NCBI GenBank assembly: GCA_910592345.1 | Contig: CAJVPI010000224.1 | Location: forward strand, 1 to 41,151 | DNA: 41,151 nucleotides | Reading direction: 5' to 3' | Source of the DNA: Paraglomus brasilianum | Taxonomy: Eukaryota | Part shown: positions 38,724 to 41,151 of the stretch, piece after piece | Numbering within the stretch: position 1 is the stretch's first letter | Layout of the letters: each line of letters opens with the position of its first letter | The notes under the pieces: generated by a model | Database searches by the model: none | What the model was told of the DNA's origin: nothing | What the model saw: only the letters and a program-made list of their open reading frames with translations | Made by a program: the position numbers and the translations under genes

Positions 38724-39964
38724 ATGGATAGACAGACCCGCTTCCTTAAAAATGTCTGACTTTTCAGGCACCGATTCAGGGATATCATATGAGAGCACTG
38801 AAGATGAAATAGAAATCAACACGCCAACGTATTCGGTATCACTAATGGATCCAATTGAGGCTGTTATGAAACCAGAAAATGTGTTAGAAAAATTTGTAGA
38901 AGTCGGCGGAAGACGTTACTTGAACGACAATACACTAAAATATTATCTGCCCAGTGACCAGAAAGAAGTAAAAAGGACATACGACCGATATTTTATAGAC
39001 AAAATTATGTGGGGAGGTAACTACTCTGCTCCCGTTTCCGATAATTTATCATTAGGAGCAAGTGTTCTTGATATTGGGTAAATACATATATATATTGTAC
39101 ATATACAAGTTTCAAATATTCTAGACCGCCCGTATTAACGATTTCTATAACTAACCAGTTGCGGCGCAGGAGCATGGATAGTGGATATGGCCTTGGATTA
39201 CCCTGTTTCAGTATTTGTTGGGATAGATATCGCCCCTTTATTCCCCGAAAATCATCCACCCAATGTGGCATTTCTTATGTGTGTAATATCATAGATGGTC
39301 TACCGATTTTGTTCGACAAGCATTTGTCATAATCTGTATCAATTGGCGATCATGGAAAGAGAAAGTGGTAAAAGAATTAATAAGAGTAACTAAGCCTGGA
39401 GGTTATGTGAAGGTATAAATCCGGGAATAATATGCCAAAAGATTGACACTTATAGTATGTATCTGATGAATCGTATGCGTATGCGTTTTTGAGTGTGTAG
39501 CTTGCCTCGCTAACTCCTGACTACCTTTCCCTCCATTATTTAAAACTGTAGTATTGGAACATTTTCGTAAAGTCGGAATTAACCCAATGTCCGGTACGGA
39601 CGTAATAAAAACATTTAATGAGTTTAAGGATAAAGTGATTGTAGCGCCCATAGAAGAAAGGACACACTATCTTGGGAAGAAAGCAGGTAGAATAGGTGAA
39701 GCGGTAAGTATAGTAAACAAAGTGTTTAAAAAATGCCCATAACAAACATCTATAATTAATTAACGTTTTTATGTTAGACATTGAAGTATACCGTGGGGGC
39801 ATATAAAGCAATGAAAATTATTCTCACTCATATTATGAGGATTACAGAAGAAGAGTTCGAACAGATGTTGACTGATTATGAGAAGGAATGTAACGAAGTC
39901 ACGCTCTGCAAAACACGATACCGTTGCCATTATTCAAAAGTGGTTGGATGCGTACGGCGGTTGA
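38724..39964 (+). pseudogene. Methyltransferase copy 7, disrupted
   Basis: Relative to copies 5/6: an 11-bp deletion just after the ATG, a 2-bp insertion giving TAG at 39292-39294, a 19-bp deletion removing FPDNTF, a ~22-bp deletion removing IEIM, and a 1-bp insertion in exon 4 (CCGTTGCC). Splice sites are retained. Confidence 0.9.
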
Positions 39965-40073
39965 GCGTGACTTTATAATTTTAACATATTTGCTGAATAT
40001 TCGTGTATTTATTCACTTTAGAAATACTAGTTATTATGTAACTTAAAATTTGCCAATTGGCTTATTTATAACC

Positions 40074-40343
40074 CCCCAAACAAAAGAGTACCTACTATAC
40101 GACAACTACACTTTTGCTCTCTGCAAAGCATATCTCACGCATGCGACGTAAAATATAGATGTAGAATTAATTAGCTTTAGTGCTATTCTTGAAAGTTACT
40201 GTACATAATCAAAACTCCCCAAACAAAAGAGTACCTACTATACGACAACTACACTTTTGCTCTCTGTAAGTATATCTCACGCATATAGATGTAAAATTAA
40301 TTAGCTTTAGTGCTATTCTTGACAGTTACTGTACATAGTCAAA
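40074..40343. repeat. Local tandem duplication of ~130-140 bp (two copies)
   Basis: CCCCAAACAAAAGAGTACCTACTATACGACAACTACACTTTTGCTCTCTG...TTACTGTACATA occurs at 40074-40213 and 40217-40343. Confidence 0.9.
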
Positions 40344-41151
40344 GTCACGTACTATTATGAATAAAAATCTTATTCATTACGCTTGTCTCTCTCCTTGTAT
40401 CAAGTAGATAATCAGTGTGAAATTAAGAACCTATTTTATCAGAGTAATTACGCAAAGAATGGCACAAACAGAAGTCTTCAATAATGGATAATATATTCAT
40501 AAGACTATCATGTGTGATGTGCGATAAACGACTAATCATTTTGGCTAAAACCTTCTTAGGCGATACAATTGAGCAATAGAAGGCACTCTCAGATGGTCTG
40601 CCATACATATACTGTATGTGTCGATTTTGTAACACATAGCGATGACGGATAATGAAAAAATTTCAGCTTAGCCACGTTAGCTGTCTTTTTGTTTATTTTA
40701 TAGTCAAATAATACCCGAATAAGAACTTGAGATAAGTTTACCGCCCATAGTAGATGTTTGACGTGCAAAGTACAAATATGTTAGAAATTTAATTATCGAT
40801 TTACAAAATTATTCCAGGACATGTTTATAGAAATTCTATAATACTAACATACTAACACCTATCAGCTAAAATCTCTACCATAATACCATTTCAACGTTAG
40901 TTTGTTTTTTGCGTTATTGCACAAGACTTTCACATGAAGGACTACAAATTATAGCAAAACAAATTAAGAGTATTATCCAGTATTTTCCCTAATTGCCTGT
41001 ACGCTGAAAGCATTATTTATAGCAGTTTTCAAAATTATAGAAAAAACCCCTGAAATTTTGTACACACCGTCTCTTGACTGCGAAAATTTCGATTACTCAA
41101 CAAAGACCCAACAGTTGTTGCGATTACTTACTCATACTCAGTCCTTTATGG

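Noticed and set aside
4418..39964. Kinase cluster and methyltransferase array as one functional system
   Set aside because: Only adjacency supports it; both families expand by tandem duplication and no shared regulatory sequence was seen. Conserved synteny or co-expression would be needed.

Overview
AT-rich eukaryotic DNA with short GT-AG introns. The gene content (tyrosine-kinase-like kinases, RI-type LRR remnants, LaeA-like methyltransferases) suggests an early-diverging fungus, probably Mucoromycota/Glomeromycotina; this is an inference. Bases 1-10 kb hold a decaying cluster of TKL kinase genes: the 3' end of one copy, a spliced coiled-coil + HKD (non-RD) kinase, kinase/LRR pseudogene fragments and a minus-strand kinase pseudogene. 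Bases 12.6-40 kb hold a head-to-tail array of seven 4-exon class I SAM-dependent methyltransferase genes, six with intact reading frames and one pseudogene. The copies are mosaic and vary most at probable substrate-contact segments. Non-coding DNA carries several small non-autonomous DNA transposons (TA-flanked Tc1/mariner-like, a TGT-ended element with a 4-bp TSD, an element with a 9-bp TSD), a ~250-bp microinversion and local duplications. No rRNA, tRNA or CRISPR array was seen. I see no clear evidence of a wholly new system; the best candidates are the diversifying methyltransferase array and the adjacent immune-like kinase-LRR locus.
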